Shown piece by piece: positions 44,493-54,647 of a stretch of 64,000 nucleotides of DNA. The number at the start of each line of letters is the position of its first letter. Position 1 is the stretch's first letter. Made by a program: the position numbers and the translations under genes. The DNA is from Corallochytrium limacisporum Hawaii (taxonomy: Eukaryota; Protista; Pluriformea): NCBI GenBank assembly GCA_002811645.1, contig PDIP01000019.1, forward strand, positions 103,163 to 167,162. The letters run 5' to 3'. The notes under the pieces were generated by a model. That model saw nothing but the letters and a program-made list of their open reading frames with translations, had not been told where the DNA came from and did not search any database.

Positions 44493-47258
44493 ATGGCGGG
44501 TTGCAGAATAGCTCGGAGTCTCTTGCTCTCCAGGCGATCACCTCTGGCGGCAACAGTATGGAGAGCTCAGGCAAGATCTGTGGCAAGCACGCCAGTGTAT
44601 TGTTGGCCTCGGCCGGCTCGTTCTTCACGGAGCAATGGCCCGGCACGCGGTGGGACGCCCAGGAATGCGCACGGTACTTCTGAACCTGTTGAACTGAAGC
44701 CAGGGTCACTGGATTCAATAATGCCTGATATGCAGAAATTACTCCGGGGTGAGCTGAGAACTATTACTCCAGCTATGCAGCAGAAGATCGATGAGCTTAA
44801 TCCTGATTTTGAGAAGTTGTTCACAGATCGTCCGGGGGACTCGAGAAATACAGACACTCGGCGCTCACAGCCGGGACGCAAACGCCGACGCCTTGCAAAA
44901 CCTGCGGGACGGACAGAGGACATTGAGTCGATTGAGAGTGAAGTTATTCGGAATGGAGCGGAAACCTCTGTGCCCCAGGACATTCCCAAAAACCTCACTC
45001 TCAGGGACAAGTTAAAGGATCGGCTGGAGATTCATGAGGAAAAGGCTGCCATTCGACGGGCCAAGGCCCGGCGCGAAAGGATTGAGGAGGATCGAGGCAT
45101 TAATGTTTATGAGGATGGCACACTAGCAACGCATCTAAGGCGTCGAGGCAAGCATTTGGACCATGAAATGACGAAGTTGGGCTTACCTTGGGAGTGGACG
45201 CAGAACATAAGCAACAAAAGCAAACGTCAATGGGCTAGAGCAGTTCGTGATGAGGTGCAGGAAAAGATTGAGAAAATGGGTGTCAAGGTCAACGTTAATA
45301 GCAGGCGTCGCTGGGCACCTCAGAAGAAGTTCAAGCTGTCAATGGTGAGTGAAGGAGATGCCAAGAAGATTGATGATCATGGCTTTTTTGTCGGCGAACA
45401 GGTCAGTCGCTTCCGCCAACGCATGCAAACCGCTATCGAGGATGCTCTTCACATTGCAGTCCCAAATCTTGGAAACCATGTGGTTGCAAGGTCTCTGGTG
45501 AGTGTTGTGGACGTGCATGTGGACAAGAGTTTGACCCGGGCCCGGGTGCTCTACAGGCCGACGGTGGTTGAGTTAGAGGGAGATCTGGACGAATTGCAAC
45601 GTCAACTTTTTATGAACAGTAGCAAACTGAACAGTGCAGTGAGGAAGGCTACTGGCTTACAACGGATACCTCCTCTTGTGTTTGTGCCCGATATTAGTGA
45701 GGAAGAAATCGGTGAAGACTTTGATGAACACGAGGTTGAAGAGCATAGCGAGGATTTACAGATGTTTGCAGAGGAGCATGGGAGTGATGCTACGAAGAAA
45801 AGTAATGCTTACGGTAGGCATCAAAAAGGAGGGGTCGTAAACAGTGGTGTTGGACAGTGTCGCCCCGACCACAGTGATGCCCAAACCATCCTGCCAACGG
45901 GCCGTTTGGATCAGAAGCGCTTGTATGCCCGCTCTTCAAGTGCAGCGGATCCCGAATTGACTCGGCGAATAACTTTAGAAGTGGCCTCCGGAGTTTCGAA
46001 AGAGAAAGAAGGACAGAGCTGGCTCTCTCCAATTTCACTCTTCCGGGCCTGGCGACCTATGGTTGATCGCAAGCTAGCACGAATGACAAAAGAGCAGCGC
46101 GAAGGGAGGCAGACTGCGCATGATGAGCTAACTCGCTACTTCATGATCAACTTTATGGTGATGGCCGCAAAAGAGAGGAGCGACATTGCCCTTGAACATT
46201 ACTTGGACGCTCACCTAGAACACCTCGATGACGAAACGATTCTAAATCTCTTTGACAAGAGTTTCAGTGGAGAGGAAAGAGCACAGATTGCCCACGATGC
46301 CAATGAAGCGGCAGACAAGAAAATAACCGAATTGGACATTCTGTTTGCAAGGGAAGATCGTGACACTTTTCCGCGAGTTAACTTTGTGATCGAAACAGAG
46401 AAAGATGAAGACTCTGAAAAGAAACTGCAAGAAGCCAAGGAGAAACTAGCAATCCCCACCGATGAACCGACCTACCTCATGACTGTAGGGCAGTTGCAAC
46501 TGTTCCTGCCGGTGGCACAAGTCTTAAAATACCAACCTTTTATTGAAGCTTATGATGCTCTGGAGGCCGAGGCCCGCAGATTCCTACTCGAACGCGCAAG
46601 GGAATTTAATCCTGACACGTACAAGAGGGTGAACATTAAGGCTAAGAAGGAACTGAACGCTCTGAAAAAGCTTGCGGAGTTCAAGCGGATCAATATCCCG
46701 ACCAAGTTGCAGATTGAGAGGCACATATCCGAACAACTGGACAAACATGACACCAAGGGCAGTTCTCCTCTAGCTCCCTTAAGTGCCGGTCGCAGAAAGT
46801 TGGCCAGGTTTCGCAAACATGAGAGATCTCGGGAATCCAGAGACCGTGAAACTGATCTCTTTGGAGGGCTTGATGACAATGTGGTCTATGATCGGGATGC
46901 CCAACCAAGGTACCGGGACGTCAATCCTCGGGCCGAGGCTGCAAAGGAAGACGCCGAAACCAGGGAGGTGCTTGCGTCCATCCGAGTCCGTGAGCGACTG
47001 CTGGTACCAGTAGCTAAGCAGGTGGAGTGTGAGGAGTATGTGAAAGCTGCTGATTTGGTCAAGGAATTCACTGAACGAATGTATTCTGCCCAATCATTGG
47101 ACATAGAAGCTTTGAGTACTGCCAACGAACTCTTTGCGGGCCTGCATGCTGCAGAAGGAGCCCTAAAGGAGGCCTGTATCAAGGCCGGTGTAAGGCTGCC
47201 GTCAGATGCGGAATACCAGGCTGAGGTGGCTAAGGAAATGCGTGACAGAGAAAATTGA
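44493..47258 (+). CDS. RBFA: 921-aa mitochondrial protein with a central ribosome-binding factor A (RbfA) domain and long charged helical extensions
   Basis: R/S-rich presequence. LVSVVDVHVDKSLTRARVLY...KLNSAVRKATGLQRIPPLVFVPD (~45405-45695) fits RbfA. Confidence 0.75.
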   Translation: MAGCRIARSLLLSRRSPLAATVWRAQARSVASTPVYCWPRPARSSRSNGPARGGTPRNAHGTSEPVELKPGSLDSIMPDMQKLLRGELRTITPAMQQKIDELNPDFEKLFTDRPGDSRNTDTRRSQPGRKRRRLAKPAGRTEDIESIESEVIRNGAETSVPQDIPKNLTLRDKLKDRLEIHEEKAAIRRAKARRERIEEDRGINVYEDGTLATHLRRRGKHLDHEMTKLGLPWEWTQNISNKSKRQWARAVRDEVQEKIEKMGVKVNVNSRRRWAPQKKFKLSMVSEGDAKKIDDHGFFVGEQVSRFRQRMQTAIEDALHIAVPNLGNHVVARSLVSVVDVHVDKSLTRARVLYRPTVVELEGDLDELQRQLFMNSSKLNSAVRKATGLQRIPPLVFVPDISEEEIGEDFDEHEVEEHSEDLQMFAEEHGSDATKKSNAYGRHQKGGVVNSGVGQCRPDHSDAQTILPTGRLDQKRLYARSSSAADPELTRRITLEVASGVSKEKEGQSWLSPISLFRAWRPMVDRKLARMTKEQREGRQTAHDELTRYFMINFMVMAAKERSDIALEHYLDAHLEHLDDETILNLFDKSFSGEERAQIAHDANEAADKKITELDILFAREDRDTFPRVNFVIETEKDEDSEKKLQEAKEKLAIPTDEPTYLMTVGQLQLFLPVAQVLKYQPFIEAYDALEAEARRFLLERAREFNPDTYKRVNIKAKKELNALKKLAEFKRINIPTKLQIERHISEQLDKHDTKGSSPLAPLSAGRRKLARFRKHERSRESRDRETDLFGGLDDNVVYDRDAQPRYRDVNPRAEAAKEDAETREVLASIRVRERLLVPVAKQVECEEYVKAADLVKEFTERMYSAQSLDIEALSTANELFAGLHAAEGALKEACIKAGVRLPSDAEYQAEVAKEMRDREN

Positions 47259-47339
47259 AGTCATCTCTACTGTGTTGGGAAGAAGAGGAGGATTCTTTAA
47301 GTACTTTAAATAAAATCTACAATTATCAAAAGTCAAGCT

Positions 47340-48140
47340 CTACTGGCTGCCTGATAACAGAATGACATGGTCGTCGTTCGGGTACGGAGGTACATTCAGT
47401 CCGTATTTTGTGTTTAACTTCGGAGGAACAAAGCGTCCACCCAGGAAGTGTTGGCCAGTGAAGTGGACTGAACACCGTTTTGGTGCGGTAAGAGAAATCA
47501 GAGCGTCCGGCATCCAATGCTTAGCCATGCCCGTCGGCCCGTCCTCAACGTTCCAGGCACTCGGCACATCCACTGCCAAAATCCTTGGTCTCAGATCAAC
47601 AGGTGCCTCATAGACAGCCTTCAACAGCGACGCAAAAGGCTCCCGGGGCTCACCCTTGAAGCTGAAACCAAATACCGCATCCATGACCACTCCGTAGTTA
47701 CGGTACCAATTGTCCGGAAGTTTGGATTCCCTTGAGACCTTCACATCAGAGCCTTCACATTGTTTAATCAATCGACCAAAGAGTTCGCTCTTGCCTTCCT
47801 TGGGGTAGATCACGTCCACTTGATGGCCATATTGTACCAGATGCCGAGCAGCGACCAGGCCATCACCACCGTTGTTGCCTGGACCTGCCAGGATCAACGT
47901 CCGCTTAGGACCGTCCATGCAAAGTCTTGCTGCAGTAACTGCACAGCTCAGACCTGCGAGCTCCATCAGCTGATCCACACTGTAGCCGTACTCATTGAAG
48001 AGCTCCTGGTCGAGTCTTTGAGCTTCCTCCTGCCCGAGTTTCTTGATCTCCGTCATTGTGCTATTGCGTGCCGCTGATGATGTGGTGAGCTCCCTGCCGA
48101 ATCGGTGAATACGCTGGATTGTATGCCCTCGTATAGTCAT
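47340..48140 (-). CDS. NAXE: NAD(P)HX epimerase (YjeF_N / AIBP)
   Basis: YSVDQLMELAGLS, GPGNNGGDGLVAARHL, DAVFGFSFKG, VDVPSAW, LISLTAPK, HFLGGRFVP. Confidence 0.96.
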   Translation of the reverse strand: MTIRGHTIQRIHRFGRELTTSSAARNSTMTEIKKLGQEEAQRLDQELFNEYGYSVDQLMELAGLSCAVTAARLCMDGPKRTLILAGPGNNGGDGLVAARHLVQYGHQVDVIYPKEGKSELFGRLIKQCEGSDVKVSRESKLPDNWYRNYGVVMDAVFGFSFKGEPREPFASLLKAVYEAPVDLRPRILAVDVPSAWNVEDGPTGMAKHWMPDALISLTAPKRCSVHFTGQHFLGGRFVPPKLNTKYGLNVPPYPNDDHVILLSGSQ

Positions 48141-48150
48141 CGTCGTTTCC

Positions 48151-48222
48151 CTGGGTTTTTACATTGGCTGTATGCTAATGGTACGCTTCGACAGCAGCTC
48201 CAGATGAGACTTAAATACTCAC
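48151..48222 (-). other. Putative 5'-UTR intron of NAXE
   Basis: GTG|GTGAGT donor at 48222; cccag acceptor at 48151 (alternative at 48168), 10 nt before the ATG. Confidence 0.5.
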
Positions 48223-48454
48223 CACATTCCACCCGGTTGCGTCATCTCTCCACCCTGCACATAGGCAGGATTCTCAAAATCGACGGCTCAATCTGATATG
48301 AATCTCAAAAGAGGGGCCCTGTTTTACGCTATGCTCTGTACTCTGACGGGAACGCCTGAGGCAAGGGGCCCCCGCTCACCCCCCCATCTTTCCGGCTTTG
48401 TTTTCGCTTCAGTGGCTGGTGCTGGGACCTCTTCTTAGTACCAGGGCCCCCTAG

Positions 48455-48469
48455 TTTGCGCGCGCCAAA
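48455..48469. promoter_or_regulatory. E2F-like near-palindromic site TTTGCGCGCGCCAAA in the NAXE/NUP93 divergent promoter
   Basis: Contains TTTGGCGC (TTTSSCGC consensus) on the minus strand. Confidence 0.35.
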
Positions 48470-48767
48470 TTTTCGGGGGGGCGTCAAGAAGCGTGGCGGC
48501 TCCAGGGGAGCGCTGGGGGATCAGTTGCACGCAGGGGGTGAGAGGGGGAAGTGTGGCCAGGTGCTCGGTGAGATGTTGGTGTATACTCGTCGGAGAATCA
48601 CTTTACTCTTTGCTGGGTTAAGCTTATTGGACTATCCCGTAGCCCATGAATTCTAATGCTGGAGATCAGCTGGTATAAATTTAATAAACTGAGCGGCAAC
48701 ACACAAGCCTGATACAGGGTGAATAGATCATACATACATCGTGCTTCTTCCTAGCCAACCTATCATC

Positions 48768-51700
48768 ATGTCCCTCTTCGGCGGTGGCGGTGGCCAACAG
48801 GGAGGCGCCTCCGGTGGAGGCTTTAGTTTCGGTAGTGCAGGAGGATCTACAGCGCAACAGCCCGGAGCGACTGGCACCAGCGGTGGCACCGGAGGAGGAT
48901 TCTCATTTGCCTCCACAGCAGGACCAGCAACGGGACAACAGGGTGGTGCAGCCGCGGCCAGTGGTGGTTTCTCCTTTGGATCATCAACACAGTCCTCCAC
49001 AACGCCACAGAAACCGGCTAGCACGGGACTCTCTTTCGGATTGGGCGGTAGCACTGGGGCAACACAACAGCAGCAGTCCACTGGCACCACTGGCGGTGGT
49101 TTCAGTTTTGGATCTTCGACTACGGGCACTGGTACCACCGGCGCTACGGGGACTACGAGCCAGCAACAGAACGTGGGAACGACTGGAGGTGGTCTCAATA
49201 TGAGCTTTGGAGCCAAGCCAGCGGACAGCACACAATCTGCCCAGGCTGCTGGTTCTGCGACGCCTCTGCTCTCTTTCGGTGGCAAGACAGGTGCTGCCCA
49301 GTCTCAGCAGCAGCAACAGCAACAGCTGCAGCAACGGCAACAGCCAGTGGCCAGTGGCCAAAACGCCGGAGCCCAGGGGCAGCAGCAGCAGCAGTCCGCC
49401 GTTGGCACCTCTTTACCTGACAAACAAACCTTCAAGCAGTCTAGCGGGCGGTACGGTCTGTCCGCTATGGACCTCGACCAGGACTTTGGCCTCGACCGTG
49501 TGGCCAAAGAGAGCGAGGAACTGTTTACTTCGGCTATATCTGGCGGTATGTCTTCGACCAAGGCTTTGCCTGGAGATGAAGTGCTGGGCTCTGCAAGTGC
49601 GGTACCGATCGTCATGGTCAATCGGACACCGATGCAACTGCAGAAGGAAACTGCTCAGCTTGGACGGCAGATTCAGACGCAGGCACAGGACGTTGGTAAG
49701 GCTGCAGTGATGCTTGGTCGTGCAGACGTGTCCCTGGCACGTATGGGCCGCCAGTTGGCAGAGATTCAGAATCAACCTTTGCACACGCAGACACCCAAGT
49801 ACGACACTGACTTAGACGGCTACCTTAACCGCCTGCATGAAGAAATGATCATTCAGGCTCTGGAGTCCACCAAGCGTGACATTGCGGATCAGTTCATGCG
49901 TAGGCACATGAACGCTGTGCGCCGGGAGTGGGATCGTGAAAAGAGTCAGAAGATTGGGACACTGAAAGAAGGTATGTTCGACAGGATCACATCGACGTCC
50001 ATGATGGAACGTTCAGGACAGAAGTCCGGTACCCCTTATCCCGGCACGCCTCTGATGCTGTCTAGTCGCAATCGCACCAGTGCCTTTGGATCACCGACCT
50101 CGACCGCATCGCGGCAGGCGGCGTACAAGTCGCCAGTAGGCGTGATCACCTCGAAGCGTGGCCAGGACGTGGCCCTGGATCTGTCGGGCTATACATCGGC
50201 GACTTCTACGGTAGCTCGGTCCCAAGCTCTGGACTCTGTCCGTCTCGCCTACGCACGGGCTGTATATGATATGAACAGCGAAATCATCAAGACCGACAGC
50301 AGCAGACTTCCGTCGTCTTTCAATGTTCTCGGTGCCTTTGAGAAGGCCATGACCGATGCCAACCAGGGATTAGCTGCTAGTGATGCCATTGGTGGAGCAG
50401 AGTTCGAAATCAAGCGCTCAAGTGGCCGCTACTCGGAAATTGATGATACATGGAGTGCCCTACAGTGCGCTGTCGACGTGGGAGACCGTGTTGCAGGTGC
50501 GCGAGAGTTTCTGGAAGCCAAGTTCCTGGACTATGTCCGTGATTACGTGTCACGCAACCGTGCAAATGTAGACATGGGTCCCTCGGGTCAGGGTCCTACG
50601 GATGGCAAGTACCTAGAAGCCTTTGTAGCTCTACTACGCAAGTTCCATGCACCGGCGGGTCAAATGATGGGTCACCATGGCCAGATCGTGGGAGGACAAA
50701 ACCGTTACGAAGGACCGTGGTGCTTAATCTTCTATGCCATGCGGGCGGGTCTTTATGGTTATGCTCAGAGTGTGGCAGAGCACCATTCGGCTGTGGACAC
50801 TAAGCTTTCTTGGGCCCTGGAATGGCTTCAGGTCCGTTCACGGAAACAGGAGATCTCAGAGAGCACAAAGAAAGCGATCCGCTTGGAGCTTGCCTCACCT
50901 GCGAGTGGGAGTGAACAGGAATTCAAACGGGCTGTGCTGAACATCGTCAGTGTCGTCGACACACAGAATATGCACCAGACTATCTGTACCAAGACCCAGG
51001 ATTACCTATGGCTGAAGCTGTCCTTCCTGAGATCTGAAAAGAATACCGGAGACTATTCTTTGGCCGACCTGCAAAAGGAAGTCAACGATCGCGTCGACTC
51101 TGCCACGCAGACACAGCATGGGGTCAAAGCTACCCTGATCTTCCAAATGTATCTCCTTTCTGGGCAGTACGAGAAGGCCATTGCGTTCCTGTGCTCGAAG
51201 ATGCCCGATTTCTATGTAGATGGCGTCCACATGGCCATTGCCCTCTCACAGCTCGACATGCTGCACACAATCCGCGAGGACGATCCTCAGATGTTGCAGT
51301 ACTCGAGTACTGGTGATGTGTCATTGAACTATCAACGCCTGCTGGTCGAGTACATTGGCATTGTCAGCCCTCGCCAGATTGAATTGGCGCTAGAGTACGC
51401 TGCAGTACTCTACTACGTCAATCACGACCGCTTCGTGGAGGTACTCAAATCCATGGCTCTGCAGTCTAAGGAGTATGACTTCCTGTTCGGTACCCGCATT
51501 GCTGCTGATAAGGTACAAGAGGGACGTCTGTCAGAACGCTTTGGATCCATGCTGGACGGTGAGTCTCAGGGTGAGGAAGGAATTATTTTCCGACTGGCCA
51601 TGGAATTCGAACGCGAGGGCCACTTTGAGCAGGCTGTCGATCTCTACGTTCGTGCCGGTACCACACAGTCCTATGTTCAGGCTCTGCGCAATATTGTCAT

Positions 51701-52271
51701 ACAACTTGGACAGTATCTCACCCGACGCATTGGCAATGCAGATCGCACGCGGTTTTACACCCTTGGTGTGAAGATCCACCAGACGTACCTCGAGTGGCGT
51801 CTTGGTGAGGTGCAAACGACTGAGGAATTCAGTGACTTGGAAAAGCTGTTGCACCTGACCATCTTCTTTGACTACTATTTCCTGGCCAAGCACCCGGGCT
51901 ATCTACCCAGTGTGAACTTCGGTGAAGTGAATCTTGACACATACGAGGCGGCCCGGCGCGCGGTAGACAAGCTTGACGAACTCGAGGTCCTGCCTGTGAC
52001 GATGCCTGAGGCTATGCGCAAGGCGGAACCCATCAAGGGAATGTCACGCAATGTCATTCGCGATCATCTATCCGACCTGATTGTGGCTTGTGTGGATTTG
52101 ATCAAAATTCTCTATCAGGACCGCAACCGTCGTCCGCACTCTGGAGATTTTAGTGTCGGCGGTCTGAGGGAACGGGCGCGTGCTTTGAAGCTTTTCTGCA
52201 CCATGGTCTCCCGCCTGATCAGCGCGGAGTGTTCCCAAGCGGTGTTGCACGTGGAGAGCAGTATCAACTAA
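48768..52271 (+). CDS. NUP93: Nucleoporin Nup93/Nic96 with an N-terminal FG-repeat extension
   Basis: TDLDGYL...IIQALE...EWDREK, PWCLIFYAMRAG, FKRAV, TQDYLWLKL, FQMYLLSGQYEKAIAFL, GVHMAIAL. First ATG at 48768 (MSLFGG). Confidence 0.93.
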   Translation: MSLFGGGGGQQGGASGGGFSFGSAGGSTAQQPGATGTSGGTGGGFSFASTAGPATGQQGGAAAASGGFSFGSSTQSSTTPQKPASTGLSFGLGGSTGATQQQQSTGTTGGGFSFGSSTTGTGTTGATGTTSQQQNVGTTGGGLNMSFGAKPADSTQSAQAAGSATPLLSFGGKTGAAQSQQQQQQQLQQRQQPVASGQNAGAQGQQQQQSAVGTSLPDKQTFKQSSGRYGLSAMDLDQDFGLDRVAKESEELFTSAISGGMSSTKALPGDEVLGSASAVPIVMVNRTPMQLQKETAQLGRQIQTQAQDVGKAAVMLGRADVSLARMGRQLAEIQNQPLHTQTPKYDTDLDGYLNRLHEEMIIQALESTKRDIADQFMRRHMNAVRREWDREKSQKIGTLKEGMFDRITSTSMMERSGQKSGTPYPGTPLMLSSRNRTSAFGSPTSTASRQAAYKSPVGVITSKRGQDVALDLSGYTSATSTVARSQALDSVRLAYARAVYDMNSEIIKTDSSRLPSSFNVLGAFEKAMTDANQGLAASDAIGGAEFEIKRSSGRYSEIDDTWSALQCAVDVGDRVAGAREFLEAKFLDYVRDYVSRNRANVDMGPSGQGPTDGKYLEAFVALLRKFHAPAGQMMGHHGQIVGGQNRYEGPWCLIFYAMRAGLYGYAQSVAEHHSAVDTKLSWALEWLQVRSRKQEISESTKKAIRLELASPASGSEQEFKRAVLNIVSVVDTQNMHQTICTKTQDYLWLKLSFLRSEKNTGDYSLADLQKEVNDRVDSATQTQHGVKATLIFQMYLLSGQYEKAIAFLCSKMPDFYVDGVHMAIALSQLDMLHTIREDDPQMLQYSSTGDVSLNYQRLLVEYIGIVSPRQIELALEYAAVLYYVNHDRFVEVLKSMALQSKEYDFLFGTRIAADKVQEGRLSERFGSMLDGESQGEEGIIFRLAMEFEREGHFEQAVDLYVRAGTTQSYVQALRNIVIQLGQYLTRRIGNADRTRFYTLGVKIHQTYLEWRLGEVQTTEEFSDLEKLLHLTIFFDYYFLAKHPGYLPSVNFGEVNLDTYEAARRAVDKLDELEVLPVTMPEAMRKAEPIKGMSRNVIRDHLSDLIVACVDLIKILYQDRNRRPHSGDFSVGGLRERARALKLFCTMVSRLISAECSQAVLHVESSIN

Positions 52272-52370
52272 AGAGCATTCAGACTCTTTTATCATATTAC
52301 ACATTTACACTCACAGAGTTCAAATAGCATCACTACCTCTTGCGACACCAAGAAGGGTTGCTACATCAAT

Positions 52371-54647
52371 TTAATCCTCCTCATACTCTTTAGTCGTAGA
52401 CATGTCCTTGGCATTGGCATCATATTTGTTCGGTCTGGAAAATTGTTTCTTGCCGGATCCTCCTTTCCTCATAGCTCCATTGAGCTTAACACCCTTCATT
52501 TCCTGCAAGACTTGCTTGGGTGATCGCCGGAGGGCGAAAGCCTTTGCAACATGACCCAGATGCAGCTTCTTGATATGGCAGATGGCCTTCATTTGCCGCG
52601 GGTAGGCACCGTATGAGCGGATGAAGGAAACGAATGCCTTATCACAAAGGTCACTGACCTCATCATTGCTTTGCACAAGTTCCTCACACGCAATCTGTAG
52701 ATCATTGGCCATGCGGTTGAATTGTGCATGGCCAAAAGCATCGGCCAGAACACCCTCTGCACTGCCCTTCTGCATTCCTGGGGTACTCACCTCCAAGGGC
52801 TGTGGGAAAATCTTCTTGTCCCGCAGAGAAGTAATGTAGTCAGTTTCAGAAGGAAGCAGCATAATCAGGGATGCTCCTTTAGCATCCAATCGACCAGAGC
52901 GACCAACACGATGGACGTAGCTCTCAATACTGTCGGGGATGCCGTACTGAATTACCCATGTCACTCCTTGAATATCCAAGCCTCGAGCGGCCACATCTGT
53001 ACAGAACAAGATCACGGATCGATTGTCTTTGCTTCTCAGACCCTTGTAGACCTGTGTCCGCTTTTTCTGGGGCATACTACCATGCAAACCGTACACGGCG
53101 ACCTCATCCAGTACTGGTGCTCTTGACTGCTTGCTTGTCTTGGCCCTAGTAGCTGGTTTCTTGATCGAAGACAGTGCAAGCTCCAAAATATTGCGCTGCT
53201 GGTTTAAATCGAACCCTTCCACAGCATACTGTGTCAGAGAAGCCTCGTTGAATTGCTTTGCGAATCCGTCTGGATACTGCAACAAAGCAGTGAAGAAGTC
53301 AACCATTTCACAGGTGCTGACAAACACAACGGCCTTACATGGGCTTCCGGGGTGCTGTTGTGCTTTCTTAACCTCATGCGCTAAGAAAGCAATCAAACTT
53401 GTCAACTTTAACTTCGCAGGCACCACAGAGAATGACTGGCATAGTGAGGAAGGCACCTGGATGTTTCCATCGTCCGATTCAGCTTCGAGTGCTGCGGCTG
53501 TGTGCTCTGTCCCATTGTGTGGCTCCTTGAGTGCAGCATCTATGCGAGTAACGTTGTGACGAAGACCCAGAGAGGCCAGCTCCAGGACCTTCGACGGGAG
53601 TGTTGCTGAAAGCAGCAAGTTGGTACGAGAAGACCGATCCGACGGCAGTTTCTGCACAATCTCTTCAATGACCGGAGCAAATCCCATGTCACATAGCCGA
53701 TCAGCCTCATCAAGCACAAAGAATCGCGTCCGATCCAGCAAAAGACTCTCTGTGTTCTTCATATGATCCAGTAATCTACCAGGAGTGGCAATAAGAATAT
53801 TCACGCCTTTTCGCAACCGTGCCTTCTCACTCTTTCGGTTCTCTCCGCCGGTGAGACACCCAGGGACAATGCGCACTTCAGCGGTACATAGCGACATAGA
53901 AGTTTCGTAGATTTGCAGCGCAAGCTCCCGGGTTGGTGCCAAAATTAAGGCGTGCAGTCCTGTTATGCGCTTAATTGGAGGTGTAATAGCCCTGAGATGC
54001 TCGAGAATTGGTAGTAGATATACTAATGTCTTGCCGGAACCCGTCGGAGATTTGATGATAAAGTCCGTCTCAAGGGCCCTCTCACCTTCAGGGATGGGCC
54101 TGAGCAAATGAGGCAATGCTTTACGTTGCACGACAGTCAAATATTTGGCAGCAAACTTCTTTTGAAGCACTCCTTGGACTCGATTACTCAATGGCAATTC
54201 TGTAAATGTTGTAACATCGCCTGTCCCACCTGATCCGAAAGCTTTGGTTGTCATACTCGTGTCCGCCTCGACAGCCTCAGGCATGACAATCTCGGGATTC
54301 TTAGTAAATACTGAAGAAACTATGCCTTTCGACTTTTTTACTTCTCGGTGTGAGACGGGCGTCTCGACATCGACCTCAGCTAGACTAGAGAGCGGCCGCT
54401 TGGTACCTTTCTGCTCAGATGCTGACTGATCCCGCCGCCCATTTCTTTGACTACTGCTATTCTTACTGATTCCATTGCGGACAGTTCCGTTGCTGGCTCT
54501 TTTCGTTGGATTGCCATGTGTTTGCTTACCAGCAAACGGGTTGATAAGGTCAAATGCAGACCCATCGGTCTTTCTCTTCTGCTTCTTGTTCGACGTTCTG
54601 GATTCAGAGCCGCCAATGTTCAATGTGAAATCGTCCTCATCCGTCAT
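52371..54647 (-). CDS. DDX31: DEAD-box RNA helicase DBP7/DDX31 (60S biogenesis)
   Basis: PTGSGKT, PTRELA, GGENRKSEKARLRKGVNILIATPGRLLDH, DEAD, SAT, HRVGRSGR, LHLGHVAKAFALR. Confidence 0.93.
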   Translation of the reverse strand: MTDEDDFTLNIGGSESRTSNKKQKRKTDGSAFDLINPFAGKQTHGNPTKRASNGTVRNGISKNSSSQRNGRRDQSASEQKGTKRPLSSLAEVDVETPVSHREVKKSKGIVSSVFTKNPEIVMPEAVEADTSMTTKAFGSGGTGDVTTFTELPLSNRVQGVLQKKFAAKYLTVVQRKALPHLLRPIPEGERALETDFIIKSPTGSGKTLVYLLPILEHLRAITPPIKRITGLHALILAPTRELALQIYETSMSLCTAEVRIVPGCLTGGENRKSEKARLRKGVNILIATPGRLLDHMKNTESLLLDRTRFFVLDEADRLCDMGFAPVIEEIVQKLPSDRSSRTNLLLSATLPSKVLELASLGLRHNVTRIDAALKEPHNGTEHTAAALEAESDDGNIQVPSSLCQSFSVVPAKLKLTSLIAFLAHEVKKAQQHPGSPCKAVVFVSTCEMVDFFTALLQYPDGFAKQFNEASLTQYAVEGFDLNQQRNILELALSSIKKPATRAKTSKQSRAPVLDEVAVYGLHGSMPQKKRTQVYKGLRSKDNRSVILFCTDVAARGLDIQGVTWVIQYGIPDSIESYVHRVGRSGRLDAKGASLIMLLPSETDYITSLRDKKIFPQPLEVSTPGMQKGSAEGVLADAFGHAQFNRMANDLQIACEELVQSNDEVSDLCDKAFVSFIRSYGAYPRQMKAICHIKKLHLGHVAKAFALRRSPKQVLQEMKGVKLNGAMRKGGSGKKQFSRPNKYDANAKDMSTTKEYEED

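Noticed and set aside
48768-52271. Calling the FG protein Nup62/Nsp1
   Set aside because: The downstream ~930 aa carry clear Nup93/Nic96 motifs, not a Nup62 coiled coil.
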